Shown here piece after piece: positions 1-9,943 of a stretch of 64,000 nt of DNA; position 1 is the stretch's first letter, and each line of letters begins with the position of its first letter. The notes under the pieces are model-generated. The model was not told the origin of the DNA, made no database searches, and was given only the letters and a program-made list of their open reading frames with translations. Source of the DNA: Pseudobdellovibrionaceae bacterium (GTDB lineage Bacteria > Bdellovibrionota > Bdellovibrionia > Bdellovibrionales > Bdellovibrionaceae); the NCBI GenBank assembly GCA_044359815.1, contig JBIKLL010000001.1, positions 81,481-145,480 on the forward strand, given 5' to 3'. Position numbers and translations under genes: made by a program.

Positions 1-717
1 AGTTTCATCAATTTTTTTAGCTTCAAATTTCATTTTTGCTTTTGAACCAGTTTTTTCACGCAGCTCATCTTGTGCGTTCAACAAAGGTTCCAAAGACTGA
101 TGACCAAATTTTAATGCTGACAGCATATCGCTTTCAGAAACAAACTTAGTTTCACCTTCCACCATCAAAATACCTTGCTTGGTTCCAGCAACAACTATGT
201 CTAAATCAGATCGTTCAAGCTGTGAAGGAGACGGATTGGCAATCCACTGTCCATCAATCCTGCCAACCAATACAGAAGCAACTGGTCCCAAAAACGGAAT
301 GTCGCTGATATGTAAAGCCGCTGATGCGCCAACACTGGCTAACATTGAAACCGGAAATTCACCATCGGCTGACAACACCGTTGCCACGACCTGAGTGTCA
401 TTCATATACCCTTCAGGAAATTTAGGTCTGATAGGTCTGTCAATCAACCTAGCAGTTAAAACTGCATCGTTTGTTGGTTTACCTTCACGTTTAAAATAAC
501 CACCTGGGATTTTACCTGTGGCATAAAATTTTTCTTGGTATTCAACCATCAACGGAAAATAATCTCCGTCACTGGCCTCACGATCAGCCACCGCTGTCAC
601 CAAAACGATGTTATTACCGCTGCTCACTAGCACTGAACCATTAGCTTGCTTTGCTAATCGTCCCGTTTCGATAGTGATTTGCTTTCCTCCTACTGAGGTC
701 GTCACTGTTGTCTTCAT
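1..717 (-). CDS. pnp: Polyribonucleotide nucleotidyltransferase (PNPase), N-terminal part, runs off the window
   Basis: Not in the ORF track. Manual translation from ATG at 717 gives MKTTVTTSVGGKQITIETGRLAKQANGSVLV...DYFPLMVEYQEKFYATGKIPGGYFKREGKP...ARLIDRPIRP. SD AAGGAG at 723-728; follows rpsO. Confidence 0.97.
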   Translation of the reverse strand, partial: MKTTVTTSVGGKQITIETGRLAKQANGSVLVSSGNNIVLVTAVADREASDGDYFPLMVEYQEKFYATGKIPGGYFKREGKPTNDAVLTARLIDRPIRPKFPEGYMNDTQVVATVLSADGEFPVSMLASVGASAALHISDIPFLGPVASVLVGRIDGQWIANPSPSQLERSDLDIVVAGTKQGILMVEGETKFVSESDMLSALKFGHQSLEPLLNAQDELREKTGSKAKMKFEAKKIDET

Positions 718-758
718 TCGCACTCCTTACTGTATGATTTCTTGTTAAAATGCTTTGG

Positions 759-1028
759 CTATTTACGAATATCCAATTCACCCAACAAATCGGAGTACCT
801 TTTAAGATTGGTTCTTTTTAAATAGTCTAACAATTTTCTTCTTTGATTTACGGCTTTCATCATTCCTCTGCGGCCGTGAAAATCTTTTTTGTGTTCATTG
901 AAATGATTTGTCATTTCATTGATTTTTGCAGTCAACAGGGCCACTTGAACTTCTGATGATCCAGTGTCCAGATTGGCTCGTTGGAATTTCTTAATGATTT
1001 GCTCTTTTTGCGCTTTTTTGACCGCCAT
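759..1028 (-). CDS. rpsO: 30S ribosomal protein S15
   Basis: 89 aa, [13 protein letters not shown]...[10 protein letters not shown]...RRKLLDYL signature. Confidence 0.98.
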   Translation of the reverse strand: MAVKKAQKEQIIKKFQRANLDTGSSEVQVALLTAKINEMTNHFNEHKKDFHGRRGMMKAVNQRRKLLDYLKRTNLKRYSDLLGELDIRK

Positions 1029-1045
1029 TAAAGTCTCCTTTTTTT

Positions 1046-1118
1046 ACATTGTTTTACAATGTTCTTTCAGTTGTTTATTGATTCCAATTTACCGTCATGG
1101 CTGTCGGTAAACTCGAAT
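1046..1118 (-). promoter_or_regulatory. Structured 5' leader of rpsO (two hairpins), candidate S15 autoregulatory element
   Basis: Inverted repeats TTTACCG-N10-CGGTAAA (1088-1111) and ACATTGT-TTT-ACAATGT (1046-1062) directly upstream of the rpsO SD. Confidence 0.4.
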
Positions 1119-1163
1119 AGGCTTTTCTATCGTTATTTCAAACATTTGGTCAATGCTTACCTG

Positions 1164-2069
1164 TTAATATTTAAAGACTCTTTTCAGATAAAATCCCTTT
1201 TGTTGATCAAGACCCACTATCGCCAGCAGTCTTCCTGAGGTCGATGATTGAATTTGCACAAATTCATCGTTTTTAGGATCAAATCCCCTGATCAATTCGG
1301 TTCTTAGAGTAGCTCCAATCTGACCGTTTTTTAGCAGCTGCTCTTCAAATCCAGAAACTTTAAAAACTTTAACATTGGGCAAGGCTTCTTCGATTTTAAC
1401 ATAGGCTTCTGTGTTAACCAGACTGCTGATTCCATGCAGATCATGCAAACTGATGGCTTTATCTAAATCAAAAGGCTCAGATGAAACCCTTTCCAAAGCT
1501 GTCATGGTTGCCCCACAACCCAGTTTTTTACCGATTTGGCTGACCAGAGATCTGATATAACTGCCTTTTGAACATGAAACTTCAAATTCAATAATTGGAT
1601 TTTCAAAGTAGCTTATTTTTAAATCCCAAAATTTCATCACTTTTTTAGGAAGCTCAACTTCTTTACCGTCTCGAGCGTATTCGTAAAGCTTTTTGCCGTT
1701 TTTTTTGATGGCAGAATATATTGGAACTTCCAGGTCGAAAGTTCCCTGCATAGACAGTATCGAATCTCTTATGGCTTCCTCTGATTCGGTAACGTCTGTT
1801 TCATTCACTACGTTCCCAGTCACATCGTAACTGTCAGTTTCAACACCCAACTGCATCCTGACCCAATACTTTTTATTTCCGTCAGTGATGTACTGAGATA
1901 ATTTTGTCGCTTCACCACAGGTCAAAACTAATAATCCAGAAGCTATTGGATCCAATGTTCCGCAATGGCCGACTTCTTTAGTTCGTAAAATTTTTCTGAC
2001 ACCAGCAACAATATCATGACTGGTAGGGCCAGCCTGTTTGTTCACCAATAACAAACCATTAAAATTCAT
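1164..2069 (-). CDS. truB: tRNA pseudouridine(55) synthase
   Basis: GLLLVNK...TSHD, VGHCGTLDPIASG, CSKGSYIRSL motifs; position after rbfA. Confidence 0.97.
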   Translation of the reverse strand: MNFNGLLLVNKQAGPTSHDIVAGVRKILRTKEVGHCGTLDPIASGLLVLTCGEATKLSQYITDGNKKYWVRMQLGVETDSYDVTGNVVNETDVTESEEAIRDSILSMQGTFDLEVPIYSAIKKNGKKLYEYARDGKEVELPKKVMKFWDLKISYFENPIIEFEVSCSKGSYIRSLVSQIGKKLGCGATMTALERVSSEPFDLDKAISLHDLHGISSLVNTEAYVKIEEALPNVKVFKVSGFEEQLLKNGQIGATLRTELIRGFDPKNDEFVQIQSSTSGRLLAIVGLDQQKGFYLKRVFKY

Positions 2070-2077
2070 AGGATTTC

Positions 2078-2437
2078 CTACTGTGGGTTGGGTGAATGGA
2101 TCTGACTCAATAGTGATTCAATTTTTAGAATGTATTCAGTCGTCTCGTCAGAGTGAAAACTCAATACGGGACAATACCGCATCGGGAGTTCTTTAGACAG
2201 ATGTCTTTGAATCTGAACTCTTTCATCATTAATAGCTCCAAGGCTAGTTTCTAAATCTTCAGCACTTCCTAAAACGCTAATGAAAACCCTTGCTGATTTG
2301 AGATCACCTGGCATCTTAACTTTTGAAACTGTCACTATGCCCTTTAAAGGCAGTCGGCAACCTCGTAACAGATAATTAGCAACGATCTGTTGCACTTGGC
2401 TTTCAGCCTGTTGTACGCGTTTTGAATCTTTTTGCAC
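2078..2437 (-). CDS. rbfA: Ribosome-binding factor A
   Basis: VTVSKVKMPGDLKSARVFIS and MRYCPVLSFHSD motifs; between infB and truB; GTG start. Confidence 0.93.
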   Translation of the reverse strand: MQKDSKRVQQAESQVQQIVANYLLRGCRLPLKGIVTVSKVKMPGDLKSARVFISVLGSAEDLETSLGAINDERVQIQRHLSKELPMRYCPVLSFHSDETTEYILKIESLLSQIHSPNPQ

Positions 2438-2486
2438 GCAAACCTCTTTTAAGAAAGTTTTAAATCACTGATCTAATCTTTTAAAT

Positions 2487-5210
2487 TTATAATCCCAGTT
2501 CTTTGGCGACTTCTTCCTTTACAAAAGTTTCAATCACATCGCCGACTTTAACATCGTTAAAGTTCTCAATACCGATACCGCACTCAAAGCCCTGTTGAAC
2601 TTCCTTGGCATCATCCTTAAATCGTCTCAGTGATGAAATCTTACCTTCGTAAACAATTTTTCCGTCACGAATAAGTCTAGCCAAGTTAGATCTCTGAATC
2701 TTTCCATCCAGTACGGCACAACCAGCAATGGTTCCGATTTTTGGAACACCAAAGGTGTTTCTGACTTCGGCTCTACCCATGACTTTTTCAACCACATCTG
2801 GAGTCAACAGACCCTGCATGGCTTTTTTCATTTCATCCATTAACTCATAAACAATGGTGTAAGTCCTAACATCAACCCCAAGACGTTTAGCCTCTTGCGA
2901 GCCGCCACCGTCTGGTCTGACATTGAACCCAACCACAATTCCCTTGGCCGTGGACGCCAACAAGACATCTGATTCTGTGATCCCGCCGACTGCTGAATGT
3001 ATGATTCTGACTTTAACTTCAGGTGTTGATAATTTAGAGAACATGCCCTGAATGGCTTCCAAAGATCCCGCAACGTCGGCTTTCAAAATAACCGATAATT
3101 CTTTGACGTCACCTTGTTTGACCTTAGAAAAAATCTCCTCAAGGGACATTTTAGTAGTCACTGTTTTGTCTTTAAGAATTTTTTCTCTTCTCATTCTGAC
3201 CGCTTCTTCGGCTGTTTTTTCGTCAGCGACAATATCAAATCTGTCACCGGCAGCCGGCACGTCGTCTAATCCCAACAAGGCCACAGGTGCTCCTGGAAGA
3301 GCTTCGTTTACTTTTTCGCCCCTATCGTTTGTAAGACTTCGAACTTTACCTTTACAAATCCCAGCAACTACAAAATTTCCAACCCTTACAGTTCCATCTT
3401 TGACCAGCAATGTGGCCACGGGTCCTCTGCCTTTTTCCAGTTTGGACTCGATCACGATTCCAGTACCTGGCAATGAAGGACTTGCTTTTAAATCAGAAAC
3501 TTCGGTAACCAACATGATTTGCTCAAGCAATTCATCTATCCCTGTTTTCTTAACAGCAGAGACGTTCACAAAAATCGTTTGTCCGCCCCATTCCTCGGGA
3601 ACAATTTCGTATTCAGTTAATTGTTTTTTAATTCTATCAGGATTTGCGCCTGGCTTATCCATTTTGTTAACTGCAACTATTATTGGAACATTGGCAGCTT
3701 TGGCATGACTGACGGCTTCCACCGTCTGAGGCATAACACCATCGTCAGCAGCAACAACAACAATTGCAATGTCAGTTACATTGGCACCACGGGCACGCAT
3801 GGAAGTGAAAGCTTCGTGACCGGGAGTATCTAGAAATGTGATTACAGAGCCATCATCCCGCTTAACCTGGTAGGCACCGATGTGCTGAGTGATACCACCG
3901 GCTTCTCCGGCTGCAACCTTGGCATTTCTGATTGCATCTAATAATGAAGTCTTACCATGATCCACGTGTCCCATAACGGTGACAACTGGAGGTCTTAAAA
4001 CCTTTTCTACGTTTTCTGACTGAGTGGTCTTGGCAATTAATTCTTCGGCTGTTTGATAAACGTTTTGTGCTTCGAAATGAAAATCCTGAACTATCAATGC
4101 AATGGTATCAAAATCCAACGAGGTATTAATCATCGCCGTGACACCATTTTTCATCAATACTTTGATCAGCTCAGGGGCTTTAACTCCCATAGCGACAGCT
4201 AAGTCAGCCACTTTCATGGTTTGATTGACTTTAACTATACGTTTTGAGGCCTTGGGTTTTGTAATCTGTGTTTGCATGGCAGGCCTGCTGAGAAGATTTT
4301 TTTTCTTCTTGGGTTGAAAGACCATTTCGCGCTTTCTGAATTCAGAAGCATCAAAGTGCTGTAATGCACCTTCTTCAGCGGGCTTTGCTGGGCCACCTTC
4401 ATTCAGTGTTTTAACCCTTCGCTTGTCATCTTTCCGTTTTGAATAATCATCTTCTTCTGCAGGAACCTCGGGCACTGTGGGTGCTGCCTGAAAAAATCCG
4501 GCTCTAACGTGGCCCTTAGGTCGGTTGCCACCAGCCTGAGGTGCTGGGCCCCTGCGGTCCTTTGATTGTTGGCTACCAGCAGGTGCTGAAACCCGACTTA
4601 AATCCATTCTGCCGATAATATTTCTCTTTTGAACAGGAGCATCACTGGAAATTCCACTGGCTCCGATTGCGACTTCTTTCTTACGAGCAGGAGTCGCAAC
4701 TTTTTTCTCAGGTTCTTCAGCGGCTGCAGGTTTAACTGACTTTTCAACAGTTTTTTCTGCAGGCTTTAAAACCTCTTCAACCTTTTCAACAACTTCAGCT
4801 GGCTGAACTGCAGCTTCAACAACTTCAGGTTTTACCTCATCAGTTTTTGCTTTTCTGCGAACAACAGTGGATGCGGATATTGCATCAACTGCCTTGGCTG
4901 CCGTTTTAGTTACTGTTTTTGCAACGGGAGCCACAGGTTTGGCTGCTGGGGCTTTGGTAGCTGCCGTTTTTACGGCCGCTTTTTTAGCAGGAGCCGCTTC
5001 AGTTTTTTTGCGAGTGGCTGTTTTTTTGGCCCCAGAATCTTTTTTAGTATCTGATCCTTCCAATTTTTCTTTAAGCGCCGAAAGCAACTCAGGCTCCAAT
5101 TCAGCCATATGAGATTTAACCGGCAATTTCCACTCTCTGATTTTTTCCATCAGTGCCAGCGGAGTCATACCGATTTCTTTAGCGTATTCAAAAACCTTTG
5201 GATTAGACAC
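2487..5210 (-). CDS. infB: Translation initiation factor IF-2
   Basis: RPPVVTVMGHVDHGKTSLLD, GEAGGITQHIGAY, FLDTPGHEAF, GFECGIG; long Ala/Lys/Pro-rich N-terminus. Confidence 0.99.
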   Translation of the reverse strand: MSNPKVFEYAKEIGMTPLALMEKIREWKLPVKSHMAELEPELLSALKEKLEGSDTKKDSGAKKTATRKKTEAAPAKKAAVKTAATKAPAAKPVAPVAKTVTKTAAKAVDAISASTVVRRKAKTDEVKPEVVEAAVQPAEVVEKVEEVLKPAEKTVEKSVKPAAAEEPEKKVATPARKKEVAIGASGISSDAPVQKRNIIGRMDLSRVSAPAGSQQSKDRRGPAPQAGGNRPKGHVRAGFFQAAPTVPEVPAEEDDYSKRKDDKRRVKTLNEGGPAKPAEEGALQHFDASEFRKREMVFQPKKKKNLLSRPAMQTQITKPKASKRIVKVNQTMKVADLAVAMGVKAPELIKVLMKNGVTAMINTSLDFDTIALIVQDFHFEAQNVYQTAEELIAKTTQSENVEKVLRPPVVTVMGHVDHGKTSLLDAIRNAKVAAGEAGGITQHIGAYQVKRDDGSVITFLDTPGHEAFTSMRARGANVTDIAIVVVAADDGVMPQTVEAVSHAKAANVPIIVAVNKMDKPGANPDRIKKQLTEYEIVPEEWGGQTIFVNVSAVKKTGIDELLEQIMLVTEVSDLKASPSLPGTGIVIESKLEKGRGPVATLLVKDGTVRVGNFVVAGICKGKVRSLTNDRGEKVNEALPGAPVALLGLDDVPAAGDRFDIVADEKTAEEAVRMRREKILKDKTVTTKMSLEEIFSKVKQGDVKELSVILKADVAGSLEAIQGMFSKLSTPEVKVRIIHSAVGGITESDVLLASTAKGIVVGFNVRPDGGGSQEAKRLGVDVRTYTIVYELMDEMKKAMQGLLTPDVVEKVMGRAEVRNTFGVPKIGTIAGCAVLDGKIQRSNLARLIRDGKIVYEGKISSLRRFKDDAKEVQQGFECGIGIENFNDVKVGDVIETFVKEEVAKELGL

Positions 5211-5245
5211 TCATTCTCCTTTTACTGTGTTTTTCAATGTTGTAA

Positions 5246-6634
5246 CTATTCTCTGTCCCCAGATTCTAATTTTTCAAGTTCTTGTTTTAATCTGAGGTCT
5301 GCCTGTGATTTAGCATCAGAAGCAGTTTTCGTAGCTTGCGCAGCTGGGGAAATCGGAACTGGAATCCCCTCTTTTTCGTATTTTTCAACAACAGATTTTG
5401 CGTCTTGAATCAGCTTTTCAGCTTTTTCAGGATTGTCATAACCTGGGATGGTTAGAACTTCTTCGGCCGCAGCTTCAGCTACAGATTTAAAGCTTCCAAA
5501 TCCTGATTGAAAAATATTTTGAGCCATAGTTTCGCTCATACCTGGGATCAACATCAGATTAAAAATAGATTCAGCGGTTCTAGAAGAGGCTGCAGATTCA
5601 GAGATAATATCAATCTTCCAACCCACAAGCTTTGATGCCAAGCGAACATTTTGACCTTTTTTACCAATGGCCAAACTGAGCTGACTGTCAGGAACGACGA
5701 CTTCAAGCTCTTTGTTTTCTTCATCCAAAAAGACCCTTGAAATTTCAGCGGGTGCTAAAGCATTGCAAGCAAATCTTGTGACGTCCTCATCCCATGGAAC
5801 GATATCAATTTTTTCACCACGTAATTCTTGAACTATATTTTGAACCCGGGTTCCCTTCATACCAACACAAGCGCCCACCGGATCAACTGATTGATCTTTG
5901 GTTTTCACAGCGATCTTTGCTCTTTGCCCAGGTTCTCGGGCAGCAGCCATGACCTCGACGATGCCTTCGTAAATTTCAGGAACTTCCATTTCAAATAATT
6001 TAATTAAATATCTTTCATCGGCTCGGGACATGATAATCTGAGGCCCCTTGGTGGTTTGTCTAACCTCAGACAAATAACCCTGAATTCTGTCGCCCGGTTT
6101 GTACACTTCTCCAGGTATTTGTTCACGTGGCGGAATGTAGGCCTCTGTTCGCCCCAAATCCACAACGATGGCTCCTCTTTCAACCCGTCTGGCGATGCCG
6201 GAAGCAATTTCACCCTTACGTTGTTCAAACTCATTAAAAATAATTTCTCGCTCAGCATCCCTGACCTTTTGCAAAATGATTTGCTTGGCCGTTTGGGCTG
6301 CGATCCTTCCCAAGTCACCACTTTCCAACTTTATACCAATTGAATCACCCAACTGAGCTGCGGGATCCAACTTTAAAGCGTCATCCATTGTGATTTCGAC
6401 TTCTTCATCAACAAAGGCTTCTTTGGTAACGACTTCTTTGTATTCAAACAATTCCACTTCACCACTGTCTTCGTTGTAAGAAGCTTCGATGTCGCGGTAA
6501 GTTCCGTATTTTTTGCGAGCGGCAACCAACATACCCTGTGTCACGGCCTCAACCACAACCTGGCGGTCGATACCTTTATCTTTACCAACCTGTTCAATCA
6601 CTCGCGCCAATTCTGAAAACATATTTTCTGCCAT
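5246..6634 (-). CDS. nusA: Transcription termination/antitermination factor NusA
   Basis: GRIAAQTAKQ, DPVGACVG, LSLAIGKKGQNVRLA (S1 and KH domains). Confidence 0.99.
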   Translation of the reverse strand: MAENMFSELARVIEQVGKDKGIDRQVVVEAVTQGMLVAARKKYGTYRDIEASYNEDSGEVELFEYKEVVTKEAFVDEEVEITMDDALKLDPAAQLGDSIGIKLESGDLGRIAAQTAKQIILQKVRDAEREIIFNEFEQRKGEIASGIARRVERGAIVVDLGRTEAYIPPREQIPGEVYKPGDRIQGYLSEVRQTTKGPQIIMSRADERYLIKLFEMEVPEIYEGIVEVMAAAREPGQRAKIAVKTKDQSVDPVGACVGMKGTRVQNIVQELRGEKIDIVPWDEDVTRFACNALAPAEISRVFLDEENKELEVVVPDSQLSLAIGKKGQNVRLASKLVGWKIDIISESAASSRTAESIFNLMLIPGMSETMAQNIFQSGFGSFKSVAEAAAEEVLTIPGYDNPEKAEKLIQDAKSVVEKYEKEGIPVPISPAAQATKTASDAKSQADLRLKQELEKLESGDRE

Positions 6635-6644
6635 AAACTTTCCT

Positions 6645-7175
6645 TTAGTTTAATTTCTTCTTTGGTTTTTTAGTCTCTTTAAAGTCAAAAACTAACTTTG
6701 CCTTTTCAATCGCTTTAAGTGGAATTTTGATCTTCTCTACTTCAAAACGTATTTCAACTTTGCCTTCAACCACAGCTTCAATAAAACCATTGAGCTGTTT
6801 AGAATTTTTATTAACTTCCTGAGCTTCAATTCCCAATTGTTCAATACTCTGGTCCAACTTAAGCCAAATCTTTTGACCCACTGCCTTTTCAAAGTGCCAT
6901 TGCTTTTTTAAGCGGCGATCCAACCCAGGTGAAGACACTTCCAAGTGATAATTACCCCCAGGTATTGTGTCTTCAACATCCAACAGCAAATTCAAACCTC
7001 TTGAAACCCTCGCGCAATCTTCGACCCCTATCCCACCTTCGCGGTCAATGGTCACCCTTAAAGTTCGACCCTGACCCAAACTCAAAAATTCGATGTCATA
7101 TAAAACGCAGCCCTCGCGTGAGGCCACTTGATCTGCTAATTCTTCGATTTTCTTTATTGTTTCTTCTTTTAACAA
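6645..7175 (-). CDS. rimP: Ribosome maturation factor RimP
   Basis: LRVTIDREGGIGVEDCARVSR, YHLEVSSPGLDRRL. Start moved from 7229 to TTG at 7175 (SD-like CAGGGA just upstream) because the longer ORF runs through the leader terminator. Confidence 0.95.
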   Translation of the reverse strand: MLKEETIKKIEELADQVASREGCVLYDIEFLSLGQGRTLRVTIDREGGIGVEDCARVSRGLNLLLDVEDTIPGGNYHLEVSSPGLDRRLKKQWHFEKAVGQKIWLKLDQSIEQLGIEAQEVNKNSKQLNGFIEAVVEGKVEIRFEVEKIKIPLKAIEKAKLVFDFKETKKPKKKLN

Positions 7176-7190
7176 AATGTTCCCTGCACC

Positions 7191-7218
7191 AAAAAAAAGT
7201 GGGCTGTCTCCAGCCCAC
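7191..7218 (-). terminator. rimP-leader intrinsic terminator/attenuator hairpin
   Basis: Minus strand reads GTGGGCTG-GAGA-CAGCCCAC-TTTTTTTT: perfect 8-bp stem, GNRA loop, U8 tail, about 15 nt before the rimP start. Confidence 0.85.
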
Positions 7219-7262
7219 CCAAGGGCCATTGGATACCAATCTTCATGAGTCTAAGCAAGCAC

Positions 7263-7697
7263 TTACAATCTAAAGTTCATTAATACGGCCGATTGACCAT
7301 CAGAGTAGTAAGATTTTCTTTCGCCCACTTTCACAAAGCCTAAATTTTGATAAAAAATCTGAGCTCCCGTATTAAGCACATGCAGTTCAAGCCAGACTTC
7401 ATCAATAGCATCTAAGTTTTTGATTATACTTAAATATTGTTCAAAAATAGCCTTGCCAATCCTCTGCCTTTGACACTGGGGATTGACTGCAAATGCCAAA
7501 ATCTCGCTGACCTTATCTTGCAACGAGTAGATGACGAATCCTTTTATAAACTGATCCCAAAAAACCAGGCATTTTTGTTTCTTCAACCAAGCCCTTAAGG
7601 TGATTTCGCTCCAGTCTGAAGCCGGCGAGTTCAGAACCTGGGCAATCTTAAGAATTTCATCGGTGTCTGAAGGCTTAAAACTACGGATTGTTATCAA
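7263..7697 (-). CDS. rimI: GNAT N-acetyltransferase, RimI-like
   Basis: EILAFAVNPQCQRQRIG, WLELHVLNTGAQIFYQNLGFVKVGERKSYYSDGQSAVLM. Confidence 0.75.
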   Translation of the reverse strand: MITIRSFKPSDTDEILKIAQVLNSPASDWSEITLRAWLKKQKCLVFWDQFIKGFVIYSLQDKVSEILAFAVNPQCQRQRIGKAIFEQYLSIIKNLDAIDEVWLELHVLNTGAQIFYQNLGFVKVGERKSYYSDGQSAVLMNFRL

Positions 7698-8328
7698 GAT
7701 TTTTAACCTTGTATTTGCGCTTTAAAACCTCAAACCAATCCTTTAGCTTTTCCTGGGTTTGCTCTTGTCTTAAAAATTCCTTAATTGTGCCTTTAACTTG
7801 GTCATAGGGCAAACCGCTGAATTTAACCTGATTTCTTTCATAATAACTGCGCCCCTCTTCATCAGAAATAACCTGATTGGCAGTTTCGGCCTTAAATTTT
7901 AAAAAGGCCCGAGTCCTGTATTTTAAATTAATAATGGATTCGACCTCGGATTCTTCGACTTCCAAATCCTTCCAGGCCTCAATGGGCTTTAAAATAGCAA
8001 TGGCTTTTTTAGATTTGTCTTTGATGATTTCCTTTTCAATGTGAGCCACTGAAAAATTCTCGGCCTCTTCATTGACCATCATTTCTAGCATTTTTTGATT
8101 GAGTTGTTTTTTAAAAGGCTCTGATTGCTCATCCAGCCCCCAACCCGTTTTAGGTATTTTATTGACCGGAGTGTTTTCAAAAGTCAGAGCTTTATCAATA
8201 TAAAAACTGATTTTAACCTGTCTGGATGTGATCACGTTTTTACCCACAACACCCACAGATCGGGTCACTATTTTTGCCTGGGCAGACAGGGCTCCAAAAA
8301 ACAAAAGGCCTGATAAAATAAATTTCAT
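7681..8328 (-). CDS. Exported protein, SurA N-terminal-like helical chaperone (putative)
   Basis: Signal peptide ending AQA; VVGKNVITSRQV at the start and QEKLKDWFEVLKRKYKVK at the end resemble SurA N and C segments; no PPIase domain. Confidence 0.5.
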   Translation of the reverse strand: MKFILSGLLFFGALSAQAKIVTRSVGVVGKNVITSRQVKISFYIDKALTFENTPVNKIPKTGWGLDEQSEPFKKQLNQKMLEMMVNEEAENFSVAHIEKEIIKDKSKKAIAILKPIEAWKDLEVEESEVESIINLKYRTRAFLKFKAETANQVISDEEGRSYYERNQVKFSGLPYDQVKGTIKEFLRQEQTQEKLKDWFEVLKRKYKVKNLDNNP

Positions 8329-8366
8329 CAGGCCATTATGCCAAACTTTAAATATTTGTCACAACT

Positions 8367-9491
8367 TTAAAAAGTCGCCTTACCCACTATACCCAATACA
8401 TAGTAATTGATTTTTTCAATTGGGGTATCGTTTCTTAGATAAATCCTCTGATAAGACTGTTGAAAGCCTTTGTTCACACGGCTTGAAAGGTTGTACATGT
8501 ATCTGAAATCAACGCCTAGTGAAAAACCTTTTGCAACATCTAAATCCAGACCCGTTACCAAACCAAAATCAATGGCTTGAGAAGACGTCGTATCGCTAGT
8601 AATAGCAAACTGCGTATCAGTAAATGATCTGTATGTGTAAGCCATCAAACCACCTAATACGGGCTTCAATGTGCCTTCAAAAAATCTGTACTTGGCAGCA
8701 ATCGCGCCTTGGTACTGATTCATATCAGTGATTCTGGGAATGTATTCACCTGTGAACGGATCGAAGGCACCTTCACGTTGCTCAACCTGGTAGTTTGAGT
8801 AAATAAAAGAGCCTTCAACATTCAAACCGCTCTCTGAGTTTTGCCCAACAGCAAATCCCATCGAATACTGGCCTCTTACGTTAATAGCATTTGGGTAATC
8901 CGACATACCAAACAAAGCACCGACGTACATTTTTTTGGATTCAGACTCTTTTTCTGGCTTCATAGACGCAACAGTAGCTACGATTTCATTGTGAAGCATT
9001 TCTTTGTCTATGTGATTTTCTTTTTCTTCTTTAACAACAACTGGAGTTGCAACAACTACAGCTGGAGTATGAACAACTTCTTCGTTTTGAAACTTGTTGC
9101 CAAACAACCTTTCAGCACGTTTTTTCTCGTCTTCGATACGCGCCTGCTCTAGCTTTTCAACGATGCCTTGCTCAGTAGCAACTTCGGCATCTTGTCGGGC
9201 CTTACGCATTTTTTCAGCACGGCTTTCAGTTAAAGGCGAAGCCTCTATATATGTAGTGGGCTGCTTTTGAACTCTCACTGTGCTTTCCTGAGTTTGACCT
9301 GACAATTGCGAAGGATTTGATTGCACATTCACCTGAACTTGACTTGCCGCAGTTGGTGATTGAACCCTCGTTGATCTTTTGTTGGCATCATACATTTGAT
9401 CCAACTCATTATTGATGTCCTCATCAAACGATTGAGCCAATGCCATAGAAAACGGCATCAACATAGTTATTAATAGAACTGATTGCTTCAT
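8367..9491 (-). CDS. Outer-membrane beta-barrel protein with N-terminal coiled-coil/low-complexity region
   Basis: Signal peptide; C-terminal about 190 aa of amphipathic strands (KPVLGGLMAY, FSLGVDFRYMY) ending in Phe. Confidence 0.7.
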   Translation of the reverse strand: MKQSVLLITMLMPFSMALAQSFDEDINNELDQMYDANKRSTRVQSPTAASQVQVNVQSNPSQLSGQTQESTVRVQKQPTTYIEASPLTESRAEKMRKARQDAEVATEQGIVEKLEQARIEDEKKRAERLFGNKFQNEEVVHTPAVVVATPVVVKEEKENHIDKEMLHNEIVATVASMKPEKESESKKMYVGALFGMSDYPNAINVRGQYSMGFAVGQNSESGLNVEGSFIYSNYQVEQREGAFDPFTGEYIPRITDMNQYQGAIAAKYRFFEGTLKPVLGGLMAYTYRSFTDTQFAITSDTTSSQAIDFGLVTGLDLDVAKGFSLGVDFRYMYNLSSRVNKGFQQSYQRIYLRNDTPIEKINYYVLGIVGKATF

Positions 9492-9857
9492 AGAGATTCT
9501 CCTCTCAAAATATAAGGCAACTTAACTCATTTTAACGCTTTTTGTCAATTTAATAACTTATTGAAAGTAGGGAACTATTTTATAAGAATTAAAAGCTGTA
9601 ATTTGTATCAATTTCCTGTCAAAACAATGGTCAGTTTTGGCAGCACAAAGTGCAAATTGCCAAGGCTTTTCCAATCATTGATCTGAATCTTGGCAGTTTT
9701 CATGGAACCGGGATTTAAACGCAACTGGCACAAAGGATTTGGGGACTGAAAAATATGAAACTTAGGCTGACACTGAAGTTTGCACAGGATATTTCAAAAA
9801 ATCGCGTTAATTCTTGTAACCTGGGACATTATGAATTTAAATCCGATTTCAATTTGT

Positions 9858-9943
9858 GGCCTTGTGGCGGAATTGGTAGACGCGCACGACTCAAAATCGT
9901 GTATCCTTCGGATGTGGGAGTTCGATTCTCCCCGAGGCCACCA
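9858..9943 (+). tRNA. tRNA-Leu (CAA)
   Basis: Acceptor GGCCTTG/CGAGGCC, D-arm GCGGAATTGGTAGACGC, anticodon arm CACGA-CTCAAAA-TCGTG, long variable arm, T-arm GGGAG-TTCGATT-CTCCC, encoded CCA. Confidence 0.97.

Noticed and set aside
4660..5050. Ala/Lys/Pro/Glu low-complexity repeats
   Set aside because: Ordinary variable N-terminal linker of IF-2.
3052..5408. Plus-strand ORFs inside infB and nusA (for example 218 aa at 3052-3708), and similar antisense ORFs across the window
   Set aside because: Shadow frames of conserved genes, with no motifs or independent ribosome-binding sites.
7176..7229. N-terminal extension MALGWAGDSPLFFGAGNI of RimP
   Set aside because: It is the translation of the leader terminator; TTG at 7175 has an SD-like sequence.
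9637..9663. Imperfect inverted repeat TTGGCA...TGCCAA as terminator or sigma-54 site
   Set aside because: No U tract, lies between divergent genes, and GG-to-GC spacing does not fit -24/-12.
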